Shown: positions 62,601 through 64,000 of the stretch, in pieces
Layout of the letters: each line of letters begins with the position of its first letter
Position numbering within the stretch: position 1 is the stretch's first letter
NCBI GenBank assembly: GCA_963422645.2
Contig: CAXXVO010000006.1
Coordinates: 96,001-160,000, forward strand
Source of the DNA: Alphaproteobacteria bacterium
GTDB taxonomy: Bacteria; Pseudomonadota; Alphaproteobacteria; UBA828
Length of the DNA stretch: 64,000 bases
Direction: 5' to 3'
Translations under genes and position numbers: made by a program
The notes under the pieces: model-generated
What the model was told of the DNA's origin: nothing
The model's database searches: none
What the model saw: only the letters and a program-made list of their open reading frames with translations

Positions 62601-63362
62601 TCACACCCTCTCGATGGCGCCGGTAATCAGGCCGGTGACTTCTTCGGGCGAGGTTTCGCTCGTGAGCCTGTCGGCGACCTTGACTCCCCTGCGGAGCACG
62701 ACGACCCGGTCCGCGACGGCGAACACGTCCGGCATCCGGTGCGAGACCAGAAGAATCGACACGCCCTGATCGCGCAGGCGCCTGATCAGCTTCAGCACCT
62801 GTTCCACCTGGCGCACGCTGATCGCCGCCGTCGGCTCGTCCATCAGCACGGCCCTCGAATCGTTGAGCCGGGTGCGGGCGATGGCGACGGCCTGGCGCTG
62901 CCCGCCGGACATGCTGTTCACGATCTGGCTGGCGCGCGTGTCGGATTCCAGCTCCTGGAAGAGCTCGCCGGCCCGCTTGCGCATGGCGCGGAAGTCCACC
63001 GCGACCGGCAGCGCTCCGAGCCGCCTGACGATCTCGCGCCCCAAAAACACGTTCTCGGCGGCCGTCAGGTTGTTGCAGAGCGCGAGGTCCTGGTAGACGA
63101 CCTCGATGCCGTTGCTCCTCGCGTCTGACGGGTTCGAGAAGGCCTTGACCTGACCGTCGATCAGCAGCTCTCCGCTGCTCGGGCTCAGGTTTCCGGCGAT
63201 GATCTTCACGATCGTGGACTTGCCTGCCCCGTTGTCCCCCATGAGCCCGAGCACTTCGCCTTCGTGAAGCTCGAGATCGAGATCCTTCAGCGCTTCGACC
63301 GCGCCGAAGTGCATCCCGATATTGCGCATCTGCAGGAGCGGCACGGCGGGTTCAGCAGCCAT
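62601..63362 (-). CDS. Sugar ABC transporter ATP-binding protein
   Basis: GDNGAGKST, VYQDLAL, MSGGQRQ, MDEPT. Confidence 0.92.
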   Translation of the reverse strand: MAAEPAVPLLQMRNIGMHFGAVEALKDLDLELHEGEVLGLMGDNGAGKSTIVKIIAGNLSPSSGELLIDGQVKAFSNPSDARSNGIEVVYQDLALCNNLTAAENVFLGREIVRRLGALPVAVDFRAMRKRAGELFQELESDTRASQIVNSMSGGQRQAVAIARTRLNDSRAVLMDEPTAAISVRQVEQVLKLIRRLRDQGVSILLVSHRMPDVFAVADRVVVLRRGVKVADRLTSETSPEEVTGLITGAIERV

Positions 63363-63365
63363 GAC

Positions 63366-64000
63366 TCACACCCTGCCGCCCCGCCGGGCGAGCCACGAGT
63401 TGACCAGAACCGCAACCAGGATGACCACGCCGCGCACGACCTGCTGCACGTCCGGGTCCACGCCGGTCAGCACCAGCCCGTTGGCCAGAACTGCGATGAC
63501 GATGACGCCGAGTAGCGTGCCGACCATGCGTCCGTGTCCGCCGGAGAGCAGCGTGCCGCCCACGATGACGGCGGCGATCACGTCGAACTCCATTCCCGTT
63601 GCGGCGTTGGCGTTGCCGGAGCCGAGCCGCGCGTCGATCAGCACGCCGACGAACGCGGCCATTGCTCCGGTCGTTGCCATGATCAGAACTCGTATCCGGG
63701 CGATATCGATTCCGAGCGCCGCAACCGCCGCCGGATTCGCGCCGACCGCGTAGATGTGCCGGCCGTAGCGGCTGAACTTGGCCAGGTAGGCGAAGACCAG
63801 GAAGGTGGCGATCATCATCCAGGCGACGACGGGGAGTCCCAGCAGGTCTCCGCCCAGCGCCGAGCGGAATTCCTTGCTCGGGACGATCACCGGCAAGGCG
63901 TCGGTCCACCATCGTGCCGCACCGCGCAGCGAGCTCCAGAGTGCCAGGGTGGCGATGAAGGTGGGCACGCCGTAGGCCACCCGCGCCAGTCCGGCCGCCC
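63366..64000 (-). CDS. Sugar ABC transporter permease (RbsC-like), partial
   Basis: YGRHIYAVGAN, EFDVIAAVIVGG; runs off the window edge. Confidence 0.9.
   Translation of the reverse strand, partial: AAGLARVAYGVPTFIATLALWSSLRGAARWWTDALPVIVPSKEFRSALGGDLLGLPVVAWMMIATFLVFAYLAKFSRYGRHIYAVGANPAAVAALGIDIARIRVLIMATTGAMAAFVGVLIDARLGSGNANAATGMEFDVIAAVIVGGTLLSGGHGRMVGTLLGVIVIAVLANGLVLTGVDPDVQQVVRGVVILVAVLVNSWLARRGGRV

Noticed and set aside
1-64000. tRNA or rRNA genes
   Set aside because: None was recognised by eye; a tRNAscan/Infernal run would be needed to exclude them.

Overview
High-GC, IS-rich chromosomal window, most likely alphaproteobacterial (inferred from the atpI-B-E-F'-F / smc / dsbA / DUF721 / mutY gene order). 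The core block at about 20.6-45.9 kb holds hydantoinase A/B, the F0 ATP synthase genes, smc, mutY and guaA. The left arm has a Mu-like element end, two copies of a large unclassified IS, an IS1595, a tmoABCD-like diiron monooxygenase cluster with no beta-subunit or reductase gene, and an IS66 carrying a translationally coupled Dam-like DNA methyltransferase. The right arm, downstream of guaA, is a mosaic island: three copies of a second IS66 (one holding a nested IS3), three RHH/MobC-like paralogues, a DUF1173-like gene and a broken relaxase-type gene. It continues into a Mu-like prophage end with duplicated Gly-rich tail-fibre cassettes and a QueC-like gene. Most notable: (1) two Mu/Tn7-style ends sharing the motif ATTCGCAAAGACTT and a terminal CTACA, both joined to the inside of IS elements; (2) the methyltransferase-carrying IS66; (3) a stand-alone QueC-like gene at the phage terminus; (4) a 58-bp piece of transposase sequence inserted in a Cache-domain gene, whose removal restores the reading frame. 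All product calls come from motif recognition by eye, not database searches.
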